The position numbers were made by a program, and so were the translations under genes. From the NCBI GenBank assembly GCA_964016885.1, contig OZ024755.1, positions 8,122,001-8,186,000 on the forward strand: DNA of 64,000 nt, given 5' to 3'. Under the pieces are notes generated by a model that was not told the origin of the DNA, searched no databases, and was given only the letters and a program-made list of their open reading frames with translations. Source of the DNA: Eledone cirrhosa. Taxonomy: Eukaryota. Positions 13,936 to 27,832 of this stretch are shown here, piece after piece; the stretch's first letter is position 1; every line of letters begins with the position of its first letter.

Positions 13936-14149
13936 GTTTCTACTATAGGCAGAAGGCCAGTAATTTGGGGAGAGGGAAAGTTGATTAAATCGACCCCAGT
14001 ACTTACTGGAGCTTTATTCTATCGACCCCGTAAGGATGAAAGGCAAAGTTAATGTCGGCGGGATTTGAACTCAGATCATAAAGGGCCGTAACTCTCTGTC
14101 ACGAAGTAGGATGTCCGATGCTCTGCCGATACTGCTAATCCACCGCCCT
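13936..14149 (-). mobile_element. Full-length SINE family 1 copy with 17-bp TSD
   Basis: aggctccggaaataatg occurs at 13919-13935 and 14150-14166. Minus-strand head gggcggtggattagcagtatcggcagag (box A-like) and gagttcaaatcc (box B). Confidence 0.9.
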
Positions 14150-14189
14150 AGGCTCCGGAAATAATGATAACAGAAAGAGTAAACCTTGT

Positions 14190-14393
14190 GGAAAGATCCG
14201 GAGCCGGAGCTCTTAAGGCAGTTCGTCGTTCATTACAACTTCGTCTTGGCAGCTCCTACAACAGCTCTGCTGCCATACTGTAGCAGCCTCACTTCTCCTT
14301 TGGATCCAGCAGCGCTGTGGAGAGGGGGACATGCGGCAAGGGGCAATATCCTGCCCTCCAAATCACATCGCCCATGCTTGTATCCAGCCACAC

Positions 14394-14397
<4 letters not shown>
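14190..14397 (-). mobile_element. GC-rich interspersed repeat, resembling an RTE 5' region
   Basis: Shares a module with the SINE tails at 1290-1345 and 61255-61335. The RTE assignment is from memory only. Confidence 0.4.
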
Positions 14398-14446
<49 letters not shown>

Positions 14447-14449
<3 letters not shown>

Positions 14450-14520
14450 ATATATATATTTGATATATATTTATCCTTATCGAGCCCTCTTTGGATTTTA
14501 ATCTTCAAATTTATTATTAT

Positions 14521-14524
<4 letters not shown>
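14447..14524 (+). mobile_element. Penelope-like family B tail
   Basis: Near-identical to 2787-2859. Confidence 0.6.
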
Positions 14525-14554
<30 letters not shown>

Positions 14555-14557
14555 GTA

Positions 14558-14811
<254 letters not shown>

Positions 14812-16804
14812 GGGATTGTAACGTAGTCTCCAGAATGTACTTTGTGGTTGTACTAAGCAGATTGTAATTATAATAATAATAAGTATGGACGAGATGTCAA
14901 ATTTTCATTAAATTTATTTACCTGAATAAACTTAATGAACACTTAAACATGTGATTGATAATTGACCTACTCAACCTGTCATTTTCCCATTAATTAAACA
15001 TTGTTTTATTTGACTAGACACAAAAACAATGCCTTAAGAAGGGATATAGTCTATTAAATTAAATGTCGTATATTTAACCCTTTAGTATTTGCATTACTCT
15101 ATATTTAAAATTGTAATTTTCACGGTAAAGTCTTTACGTCACATAATTATCTCACATAATATCGAATCTTTGAGATTTTGATATTATTTATTTTGAAAAC
15201 AATACCTTAACGTCAGTAGGAGTGACCGGTTACAGCTGGTTTGAATAGAAAAACGTGAGAGAATTCTGGCTGGATACAGCCAGTGTAAATGCTAAATGAT
15301 TAAGGTACTTAATACTGGAGGAAGGAAAAGAAATGTCAATTTGGTGGGATGTGAACTTAAAATATAGTGTGATGAAACCGAAAGAAAAATATATATACTC
15401 CCAATAATTTACTTCATACTGTTGTTTGTGCCAAATCCGCGCCCTTAATGATTGTTTCAATACTGAATTCAAGTTGAGTATATTTTAATGGGGTATTTTT
15501 TATGATTTAACCGTGGATTACATTTTTAAATATTGTAGCTCGTTATTGAGTCACTATCCAGATATTTATAGTGCAATGCTCTTTAGGGTTTTGGTATTTT
15601 TGACAGAGAATCAAGAATTTCTCAATACAATTCCCATATAATGACTATTTGGAAGTCTACAAGAACGAAGCATGATTCAATGGCTCTTGAAAAGTAAGAA
15701 AGGCATCTCAGCTTCTTTGAGATGACTAATTATGCTTGCTATTTTCCTCACGCTCATGGAATCATGCCAAATTATGATGAATTTAGACTTACAAATGTTA
15801 CTTCATTTCTGAAAAGAAGGTGTGATGTTTCAGCCCTCATTACAGACCCGTTCTCTTATCTACATTGTAATATTCTGACCCGAAATATTTGTTTAAGGTT
15901 AAGGTGAATTTTGTTTAAATTCACAAATTATGCCTCATATGAATTAAATAGCAGAAAGTGATAAAGAAATAATGTGAATTAATTCAGTTGGTAATATAAG
16001 CTATTTATTTTTAGCAGAAGCTTCAAAAACATATTTTGTGAGATCTCATTGAATTTATAGTCTCATAATATTATTAATTTACATGATATGGCGCTGGATT
16101 GGTAGTATTGGTATATCGTTGGACAGCATGCTTTGCAGCATATAGTCACGTTCCTTCATAACGGCACACATTGGGATTAAATTCAAGACTTCATGATTGT
16201 GAAACGAACTTGTTAACCATTCGGCTATAACTATGTATCATGTAAATTTATTATTTCTAATCTAGGCACGGGAAAAGTGTGGATTGAGACATCAACGAAG
16301 GCCCAGACCTGTCCAATATCGGTGATAACTCAATTTTCCCAAGTATTTTCTATTGTGATCGACTGGGATTGGTAGGATTTGAAAACAAAGCGCAGAGAGC
16401 CGGAACAAATATTACAAAACATACCACCCGACATTCTAACAACTTTGCCAATTCGCTGTCATGTCGGAAAAAATACGACGTTCAAATTTGATGGGATTCA
16501 AACAAGGGGCGTTTACTTCAATAGGATAGATGTCAAAATTAGAAGCATAAGGACGTAAAAGAAAAAGCTACTAGTAAATAAAAACTTCTTTTTATAACTC
16601 CCAAAATAGGAATGTTATTTATAACGTCAACCACCGCTACTTTTGAATAAAATAAAACAAAAGATAAAACAATTATCTGACATCCGCTTATATGAATTAG
16701 ATCTTCCTTGCAATCATTTTTCAACAAAACACATAAAAAAATAGTAAACGTACCCCTATAAAAAGAATATACCCTGACTCGCATATAAAGGTTTGAGATT
16801 CATC

Positions 16805-16861
<57 letters not shown>

Positions 16862-16864
<3 letters not shown>

Positions 16865-16980
16865 TAAGTTATTCCGGGTTGAATCGGAGGTAACCACAGT
16901 AAGTAAAGTACTCACTACATACCAGAGTATAACAGTTTTAATATAGATGAGATTCTACACGACTAGAACTGTTTCATTCT
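16862..16980 (-). mobile_element. Penelope-like terminal remnant, family C
   Basis: Homologous to 57997-58076 joined to 58226-58280. The minus strand begins gaatGAAACagttctaGTC (HHR 3' half). Abuts (TA)n. Confidence 0.5.
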
Positions 16981-17132
16981 TTAGAATAACTATATATTTA
17001 CATATATATATAGATAGATACACACACATACACACACGCGCATATATATATATATATATATATTGTAGAACGCGAAAACCTGACAGATTTCCAACGTCAA
17101 ATTTAGTGACATATTTCGTCTCCATTCCTCTC

Positions 17133-17203
<71 letters not shown>

Positions 17204-17508
17204 GTATACAAACCTCCGTTAACAAACAACACAGGAAATACTGTGCACTGATATGAACCTCATACTTTCGCTAAATTGTTTCATGATTTCTCAGTTCTTT
17301 GCCTTCCGTTGTACAATACTTTCAACAGTACAGCCATTTATTTCCGAGTCGGACAATTACATTTCTTTGCTGTAATTGAAATATTTATTAAATATAGAAG
17401 CACCCTTTCCTCATTCTTCGTAAATTTCGTTGAGAAATCTTTTTCTAGCTTCATTCTGTTTATCACCTTCACAAGGTTTTCTAACCTTGTCAATCATATA
17501 GTAGTGCT

Positions 17509-17782
17509 AGTATGTGGCCTAGTGGTAAGGGTGTTGGACCTACAATCATAATGTCGTGGGTTCGATTCCTGGGCTGGCTTGCGTGTTGTTTTCTTGAGAA
17601 AAACACTTCATTTCACGTTACTCCAGTATACTCAGCTGTAAATGATTACCAGCAAGAGCTTGGGGTTTAACGCTGCGGTGGACTGGCGTCATATCCAGGG
17701 GGGGGGGGAGTGTTGCACTCTCAGTCGCTTCAGGATAAGCACCAACCTGACGAGCTTCCTGGCTTGAGGCAGACTTTAGATT
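17509..17782 (+). mobile_element. tRNA-derived SINE with conserved central domain
   Basis: gtggcctagtggtaagg (box A), gggttcgattcc (box B), then ttcttgagaaaaacactt...ctcagctgtaaatg...gcggtggactggcgtcatatccagggg. Confidence 0.8.
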
Positions 17783-18552
17783 TAGAAATCATATAATGCT
17801 GGTTGTCTATTAAATAAGGGCGCGTACTTTGTTTAGTAACTAATGTTTTGTATTATACGATTAGAGACTTCCTGTTGTTATAAAAATGTAAACAACAATA
17901 GTTTTGTCTAAGGGAAAAAACAAACAATTTACTGGAAATATTTTCGTGGAATTATAAAGAGTATGTGACTGTTATATGGCAGTTTTACAAGATAAAGCAA
18001 ATATTTCGGGTAGCTTAAGTAATTCATCATTTTTTTTTCAGACTAAATACCTCTGACGAAACAATCCTTAGAATGTTGCCTTTTTTTTTACTAGAATAAT
18101 CCTTTATGAGGACTTGTACTGGATGTTTTGACATTCATGACTTTACCAATTTATAAAATTGTACATCAATCTCCCACGCACTTCATAAATTTTCTATTGT
18201 ATACACACACACACACACTCACACTCATACACACACACACACATAGAGACACATAGACACACATAGACACACAGACACACACATACACACTGAGAGAGGG
18301 AGAGAGAGAAAGAGAGAGCGAGACAAATAGAGAGAGGGAGAGAGAAAGAGAGAGAGAGACAGATTGACAGACAGACACATACACACACATAGACACACAC
18401 AGACATACACACACACATACACATACACACATACACACACAGACGTAGAAACACATACACAAACAGAGATAGAGAGAGAGAGAGAAAGAGAAAGAGAGAC
18501 AGAGAGAAAGAGAGAGAGAGAGAGAGACACACACACACACACGCATACACAA

Positions 18553-18955
18553 ATGCAGCTGTAGCTTTACCAATTCTGTTCAGTTCTTCATCAAGAGATA
18601 GCATGCTTGATATTGTAGATCCTAAGTAAACAGACCGTTATTTCCTTCCATTCAGATATATGATTGGAGTTAAGTGTGTTCCGTGGCCTATAATGTTTTT
18701 TGCTCACTAATGGTCAAGGTAAATAGATTGTACGTTCTTGCTAGACAATCTATCAATCTTTATAGTGCAGCTTTGTTGGGAACAGCGAGGGCGGCATCGT
18801 CAACCTTGAGTGTTTCAGAAATCAGTATTTCTGTAGTCAACGCTCATTGCAGAAAGAACCCACAGACCTCATTGTAATACAGATTCCATCACTACTTTCT
18901 TTGAATTCAAGTCGTAGGCCAATATATACTGAAGCGGTTGGGGATATGTGATCGG
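18553..18955 (-). mobile_element. Degenerate RTE-clade LINE RT fragment
   Basis: Minus strand reads FKESSDGICITMRSVGSFCN...ILISETLKVDDAALAVPNKAAL*RLIDCLARTYNLFTLTIS...[27 protein letters not shown], matching the RTE motifs LFADDAAL, FGLTIS, YLGSTIS and RIGKA..AF. Confidence 0.85.
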
Positions 18956-18989
18956 TAAAGGTTTCGGAATCTTTCATTCTGGAGCACCT

Positions 18990-19136
18990 GCGGACACAGA
19001 GGATGGTGAAGGAGATGCACTGGAAGAGCCATTCCAGCTCACGAGACTCGCACTTGCGGGTAGCCAACTCTATGCCGATGTTGGTGAGTTGGGCAGTGGC
19101 CCTAAGGCCAAGGGCACCAGAAGTCTCCACTACTAG
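18990..19136 (-). mobile_element. CRE-clade 3' fragment
   Basis: LVVETSGALGLRATAQLTNIGIELATRKCESRELEWLFQCISFTIL, within ORF 18837-19154. Confidence 0.7.
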
Positions 19137-19489
19137 TATTTTCTTAAGATTCACTTTCTTTACAACCTATGGAGACTTTACGCCAGCACAACAATAAAAC
19201 ACTTCGGACGAATTACAATTACAAAACAATTTTTTATTTCATAATTCTCTTTATACTTTTCAAAATAACCTTGGAATTTTCACGGGTAGTGTTGAAATAA
19301 ATGATTATACTTTATATGTAATGATGTTCACCTACGCCCCTACAACCAGCCTCATTATACACCCTTTACTTTGCTCAACACCACCATACATAATGTTATA
19401 CAAAAATAAACATGAGTAGAACATGATGATGGGAAAAACTTTAAATTTTAATGAAAATACCAGAGAAAGTAGAGATGTGTATTGTGTAT

Positions 19490-19584
<95 letters not shown>

Positions 19585-19820
19585 CTGTATATATTGCATA
19601 ACAGATGCAAATGTAATATTTCTGTTTGAGTCACCAGTATAGGAAGCATCTAGTAAATTGTCCATCTTTATTGTGTGAAAATAGATGTTTTCCTGAAGAA
19701 GCGTTCAGACAACTATTCTGTCCCAAAAAATATGACATTCAATTAACCAAATTTATACAACATAGAACTCCAGTCAAAATCTGATACAACACATCTAGTA
19801 CAACACATAAAATATTTCTG

Positions 19821-19855
<35 letters not shown>

Positions 19856-21196
19856 ATGTTTTCATATAAACTAATATATATTAATAAACATTAATAAACA
19901 TATATATATTAATATTAATAATTTGTATATAATAATATATACAAATATTAATAAACATATATATATTAATAAACATATTAATATATAATATTGTTACAGC
20001 AACGTTCCTTCGTAAGGAAGATTATTTTCTGATGTAACGACGACAATAATCGTTGAAATGTCGGCTTAAGATTAATCTCTTGTTTTTCATTGTTAACACT
20101 GCTAATTGAAAAATGGTAGTTATATCTACCTTAAGTTTACCTTATTCTTCTACTATACAGTGAAATATTTGTAAGTAATGGGTGATTAGATTTTCTCGTT
20201 GCTTGTGATTATTCATTGTTCCAGTTGCCTTTGTGTTGTGAATTTTACTGTTAACTCTTATAGACAGTTCTATGTCTTCCACACTTTCATAAATAAGTAT
20301 CTTCAGATATTAATTCTATTCAGCTTTCTCAAAGCATTTAATGTTTACTATGACAATTACTCACTACTTCAATAGCTACCGCATGGGATTAGAATACAAA
20401 TGTTTTATATATTAAACTTTGTTTTTAATAGTTTTTGTATATTTTAAACAGGTATTCTTTTAAAAATAAAATTTATTTCTAAAACATTTCTAGATTTTGA
20501 GAAGAAAATAATTGTCTTTAGCATTTCCCTGTTTCCTAGGCTACAGTTGTACCACCCAAATCTAATAAAGTGAAGTAAAATATGATTTATCTAAATATCT
20601 AAGTGCCTTTCCTTACACAAGGATTTGCCATTTATATTGCAGTTGGTTTATTGCTAAAGTATTTCTATGTTTTAGAATTTAACTCTTAAAAACACATTAA
20701 AATTAAAATATTCCTTATGTGGACGTTAATATTTCCACATATATGTGCAGCGACATTTTTTGAGTCGTTCAGAAATAGAATCTTATTTCCATTCGTCTGT
20801 ATTTTTTATAATATTTTATAGTTTGTTTTAGCAATCACAACAAAGGCCATTCTGGAATACCGCGTGAGTTTATATATTAGTTTAATTCAGATAAATATAC
20901 AGGATCGTGTTCGTGTGTATCTAGTCTCATTGCGATTTTAGGCCACATGGGATGAGAATCAAGCTGATTAATATTGTGGTTACTTTACGTGGGATGAGAA
21001 TATCAAGCTCATTAATATTGTTGTTTCTTTACAGTTCATCCGAATCCGTTTTCCTATCATCCATAAGATATGGAGAAGGCAGGTACCTAGAAACAATGTA
21101 CGCAAGCATGTAATTTGTTGCAAGACATTGACATAATTTTACAGGTTAGCTTTCTGGAAAATAATTACTAAATACCTATAGAGCGTATTTGATATG

Positions 21197-21236
<40 letters not shown>

Positions 21237-21936
21237 CGTTGAAACAGATAGAAGGCTAAACATTTTGCATTGTTTAAACTTCTATCTCTTTCAACGACAT
21301 TATATAGTGCTTACACACTTTTACAAATTATTCCCTGTGATTGTTTCATATGTTTATTTTAGATATATATATATATGTGTCATTCAATTTTTAGTTGATA
21401 TAAAATGCTCGGATCTATTCATTGGAATCTTTGAGCATATTTTACAGGGGATATGGCGCATGTCTCTTGGATATGACACACTTAATTTAATTTTGGATAT
21501 ATATATACGGCCCCTTAATTGTAGAGCTAACTCAGTTAAAAGGACTCGGCTGCTATTTCTAGTTATCGATAATCCTATTCACGCCACTGGCATGAAGCTG
21601 GTACGATGTGTGTATTTTAAAAAAATGCAACACGTGCTGCTAGTCATTCGCAGATTTGCATTTGCTGTGTAAACACAGATAGTTAAATCTTCTCCCTTGT
21701 TGAAAATCAGAAATTTGGCTACTGTGCTTTACCGATCGATTGATGGTGAAATATATTTCTTTAATAAAATATATACAAGGAAGATTAATCATTTTAAAGG
21801 GTAACTATATTTAAAGTTCTAGTTAAACTTTAATTAGTTACCTACCTAGCTGTGTGTGCTTATAAACTTTTACAAATTATTTCCTGTGATTGTTTCATAT
21901 GTTTATGTTAGATATATATATATATCAATTTCTAGT

Positions 21937-21999
<63 letters not shown>

Positions 22000-22004
<5 letters not shown>

Positions 22005-22330
22005 TAAAATAACAGATTAAAGTTTAAGCAAAGAATCGCTGCTTTCACCCTTAACGGGATCTTCTGAAACTAACAAAGTCAATCTGTAAACGCAGAACTG
22101 GATATTTCAAAAAACGTTGCAACCGGAGGAAGACAGGAAGACGATACTTTGGTTCGTGGTAACGTTCGCTGGCAAAGAACGGGAAAAAACGAATAATACG
22201 TCATTAATAGGAGCGGTGAAAAACAATTACAAAACCACGTTTATGGTATAAAAGAGGTCGTGGACTAATGTTCTCTTAGGTGGTGCATAGAGACGTTCTC
22301 TGGCAATGAACGAAAAAACGAAGATAATAT
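22000..22330 (-). mobile_element. Penelope-like family B terminal repeat, longest copy; variant HHR at 22021-22071
   Basis: Minus strand AGUUU-CAGAAGA-ucccguuaagggu-GAAA-gcagcgauucuuugc-UU-AAACU, then AATAAA. Bounded by (TA)n on both sides. Confidence 0.6.
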
Positions 22331-22439
22331 ATATATATATATCCTGAAAGGTAAAGTAAATGAGTATTGATGTTCTCTCTCTCTCACTGCCTCCGTATCT
22401 CTCTCTTGTTCTCCCCATCTCTCACTAATATAAGCGAAT

Positions 22440-22780
22440 GCGGGTCCACGCGCTGGCCGACCTGCGGACCCGGTGGACAGAATAGAGAAGGCGTTTCCCC
22501 GGAAGATGGTGATGGAGATGCGCTGGAGACGCGCTGGAAGACCATTCCAGCTTGTGAGGATCACACCCGCGGGTAGACAACTCTGTTGTCGATAATGGTG
22601 AGTAGGGCCAAGGATATCAGAAGTCTCCTCTGTTGTGGGTTCAACCACAAGACTGTCGGAGAGCGACCGATATTTGGAGAGTTTATCCTCCTCGACAAGA
22701 AGCGCAGCAGAACCTGATTTAGTCGCAACGTAGTATATGATATCATAGATTTCCTTGCCCCGAATCCTGCCCTTGATTAC
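22440..22780 (-). mobile_element. CRE-clade 3' fragment
   Basis: SGSAALLVEEDKLSKYRSLSDSLVVEPTTEETSDILGP...LQRISITIFRGNAFSILSTG, within ORF 22265-22786. Confidence 0.75.
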
Positions 22781-23032
22781 TATCATTATTAGTTTGGTTG
22801 TTTATTTTCTTTGGGTTTCCTCTCGTAAAATGGTCTAAGCTGACAATTTTGTTGACTTCAACGAAGGAATGTCAACATAATAAAATGATTATATAACCAC
22901 ATGTTTACTCATTAGGTAACACATGTTATGGTATATTCACACGTGTATATGCATACATAAATACAAACATATACTAATACTAATACAAACATTATATATG
23001 TTTTCTTCCACGACACGCACATATGCTGAGCG

Positions 23033-24429
<1,397 letters not shown>

Positions 24430-24543
24430 ATGTGTGTATGTGTGTGTGTGCAAGAGAGAGAGGGAGAGAGAGAGACAGAGACAGATGTGTGCGTGTTGTC
24501 CTAATAAATCAGGATTTGTTCACCACTGATAAATATCTATATA

Positions 24544-24615
<72 letters not shown>

Positions 24616-24616
24616 C

Positions 24617-24650
<34 letters not shown>

Positions 24651-24739
24651 TATATATATACACACATATATACACACATATATACAGACATACTGACAGG
24701 CATAAATATGTTTATTCAGCTATGTACGTTTGTGTGTGT

Positions 24740-24831
<92 letters not shown>

Positions 24832-25050
24832 GTACATGTGTACGTGTGTGTTTGTTGGAGGGTATGATTGAAATAATCTCAGTCATCTCGAGAGAAACAG
24901 TCATAATTATAGGGATTTATAAGTAAATTATGACTCTAAAACAATTGCAGATGTATGTTTATATTTTTGCTGCTATAACCGATAAGCTGCAGCAGTTGGC
25001 ACATTCTATCTGTAAACAGACAGGTCTATTCAGAACTATGTATATGTAGG

Positions 25051-25121
<71 letters not shown>

Positions 25122-25321
25122 NNNNNNNNNNNNNNNNNNNNNNNNNNNNNNNNNNNNNNNNNNNNNNNNNNNNNNNNNNNNNNNNNNNNNNNNNNNNNNN
25201 NNNNNNNNNNNNNNNNNNNNNNNNNNNNNNNNNNNNNNNNNNNNNNNNNNNNNNNNNNNNNNNNNNNNNNNNNNNNNNNNNNNNNNNNNNNNNNNNNNNN
25301 NNNNNNNNNNNNNNNNNNNNN
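25122..25321. other. Assembly gap (200 N)
   Basis: Run of N directly after a (TA)n tract. Confidence 0.99.
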
Positions 25322-25380
25322 CAGAAACAGAACAAAGTTACATAACAAACATCTTTACTTTCAAGATCTTCTGTGAAAGG

Positions 25381-25542
25381 AGACTATATTCTATTGTTAA
25401 ACTATGTGTCAACTATAGGCTATAATCTATTGTTAAACTATATGTCTACTATAGGCTATATTCTATTGTTAAACTATGTTAACTATAGACTATATTCTAT
25501 TGTTAACTATATGTTACTGTAGGCTATATTCTATTGTTAACT
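25381..25542. repeat. Minisatellite, about 34-36 bp x 5 (aggctatattctattgttaaactatgtgtcaactat)
   Basis: Direct inspection. Confidence 0.85.
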
Positions 25543-26138
25543 TAAAGTTAAACTTCCAGTTGAACAAAATGATAAGATGCTTTATTCAAGATAGATATTT
25601 TACTAATGATTAAAATATGTAAAAGTTAAACTGATATACATACTTATTAGATGAGAATGAGAAATAACGAGGATTTGAAAAATTATTTTTTTCCCTGTAC
25701 GCCAACAAACCCGACTCTTTCTTCACTTTCATTATCCTCTTACTTGGCAGCATTCCCTTTAACACATGTCTCTATTTTAACATATGTTCTATTCCTTTTC
25801 TCCAGTTAAAGCTATCCATATGCTAAGTTGGTTTCCTTAGTGTTTTTTAATCCTCTTTTAAATTCAAGTTGTTTAATTCAATGTTTAGATGTTAATAGGT
25901 TTGCTATAAGTGGATAAGTAGTTTGTTCACTAAAGTAACTTTTTATTTACTTTGGGATGAAACTTTTTTTTTAAATAGAAATCTTTGAATATTTATTTAA
26001 AGTTTACAAGTTTTATGATCCGTTTAATGTTGGTGGATGCTTTCCTGGCAAATAATGTCTGCCACCCCCGGACTCAACATCATCAGATTTAGTCTAGAAC
26101 ATTCTATTGCAATAATCCTCACAGATATCACACACCAA

Positions 26139-26520
26139 CTGATAAAATAAAGTACCAGTAATGTACTGGGTAATTGCTGGCCTTGTGCCAAAAAGTAGAA
26201 ACCAATTATTAACAGTGGATTGGCAGTATCGGTAGAGGCTCGGACGCCATGCTTGGAACATAGAGTTATGGCCCTTGCCATTCTGAGTTCAAATCCCGCC
26301 GAGGTTAACTTTGCCTGTCATCCTTACGGAGGTCGATCGAATAAAGCACCAGTAATGCACTGGGGTAATTGCTGGGCTCGATTCCTGGACTGGATGTGTG
26401 TTGTGTTCTTGAGCAAAACATTTGATTTCACGTTGCTTCAGTGGTTAAGGGTGTTGGACTTGCGACCATGATGTCGTGGGTTGAACTCCTGGACTGGGTT
26501 GTGTGTTGTGTTCTTGCGCA
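26139..26520 (+). mobile_element. SINE cluster: family 1 tail, full family 1 copy and two family 2-type heads
   Basis: Family 1 head at about 26213 (gtggattggcagtatcggtagag...gagttcaaatccc), followed by a duplicated cctggactgg..gtgtgttgtgttcttg segment. Confidence 0.75.
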
Positions 26521-26813
26521 ATTCTACGTTTAGGGTTAATACCTTTTTGTGATCATATGCATGATTAAAAAAAAAATAAAGTGGTGACTACGTGAGGATG
26601 TTTTTCAAGCTTAAGCTAATTTCTAGTTGGGTAACATATATTTCGTTCGTTAATTAAAACCTCCTTCTACACAGTATTTTACGACAGCTAACAGATTAGA
26701 ACTCGCTAGTTCTATCCCTACCACTTGCGGTATCTGCACTTTACTTCCTACCTCTTGAGGTAACTGTGCTTTGCCTCCAATTCCTTGCAATACTAAGCAA
26801 AACCATCGTTATG

Positions 26814-27006
26814 CAAACCTCTGACGAGGAGATCTCCCACCCACTTTCGGGGTGTGGTGGGGGTGGGGTAAAAGATGTCATCTCTTGTAAAAATGGTATA
26901 GCTTTCATTATGTAAAATCTCCCCATTTTGCCTAATTTCTCCACATTTTGGGGCACTTTTTTTTCATGGTACTCCCCGTTTGGGATTTTAGAGGTTGGCA
27001 GGTTTG
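26814..27006 (-). mobile_element. MITE copy 1 (inverted relative to copy 2)
   Basis: Reverse complement of 27638-27832 over about 180 bp. Ends gttggcaggtttg, with gttatg on both flanks. Confidence 0.75.
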
Positions 27007-27637
27007 GTTATGGTTGGCAGGTTTTGTCTCTTCACATCCTTCACATTACTAAATTCCATAATATTGTGATAATTTAATGTGAGGATATGTACGTATTGAT
27101 GGCATGTAATAAATAACTCCAATTTCAAAATATATCAAATACTAAATCTACATTTAAACAGCAAACTGCCAAACTTTACTAACCATATTATAAAGTACTA
27201 AATGTAGCTCCTCATCCCAGACAATATCACTGGAAGTTATATATAGCTCATAGTGTTAGTTATTTTGACGAAATATTTTAACAGACTGATGTTTAATAAC
27301 AAAAAAGACAGTTAATAGCTTTGGTTTAAATAGGTGAAAATTCTTACAAGGTAAAAAGATCCAGTGACACAATAGAATTTGCTAATTACTAAAAATTCTA
27401 GTCTTTTACATATGTCTAATGTATATTTCTCACCTTACTGTGATATAGCATCTTGCCGACTTTATGATTGATAGTGCAGTAATTAGCTTGCTGGCTGTAC
27501 TTCCTACCAGGCAGAGCATCATTTCTGTGTCCTGTCAGTTATGTCTGTATGGTATTTAAAAAACTTATAGATATATCAAAGTCTAATTTCACTACAGTTT
27601 TGACATGTTTATCTATCTTGTGTGTGTTTTCTTAAAG

Positions 27638-27832
27638 CAGACCTGCCAACCTCTAAAAACCCAAACGGGGAGTACCATGAAAAAAAGTGCCCCAAAACAG
27701 GGAGAAATGAGGCAAAATGGGGAGATTTTACATAATAAAGACTATACATATTTTCACAAGAGAAGACATCTCTCACCCACCCCAAAGTGGGTAGGAGATC
27801 TCCCCGTCGAACGTGGAAAGTTGGTAGGTCTG
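27638..27832 (+). mobile_element. MITE copy 2, 195 bp, TIR cagacctgccaac/gttggtaggtctg, 7-bp TSD cttaaag
   Basis: TIRs and the flanking duplication (27631-27637, 27833-27839) read directly. Superfamily (hAT or P-like) is uncertain. Confidence 0.85.

Noticed and set aside
17509-17580. tRNA gene-like A and B boxes here and at other SINE heads
   Set aside because: They continue into SINE bodies, with no complete cloverleaf or acceptor stem.
21265-21672. 135-aa ORF
   Set aside because: No recognisable domain, non-ATG start, and it overlaps a local duplication and repeat-like sequence.
25381-25542. CRISPR-like periodicity (also 8264-8391)
   Set aside because: Head-to-tail repeats without unique spacers, no cas genes, eukaryotic context.
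26030-26095. Minus-strand ctgatga...gaaa
   Set aside because: No closing helix II base pairs or helix I/III complementarity.
27436-27460. Minus-strand ggcaagatgct, miR-31 seed-like
   Set aside because: Similarity stops after the seed region and no precursor hairpin is evident.
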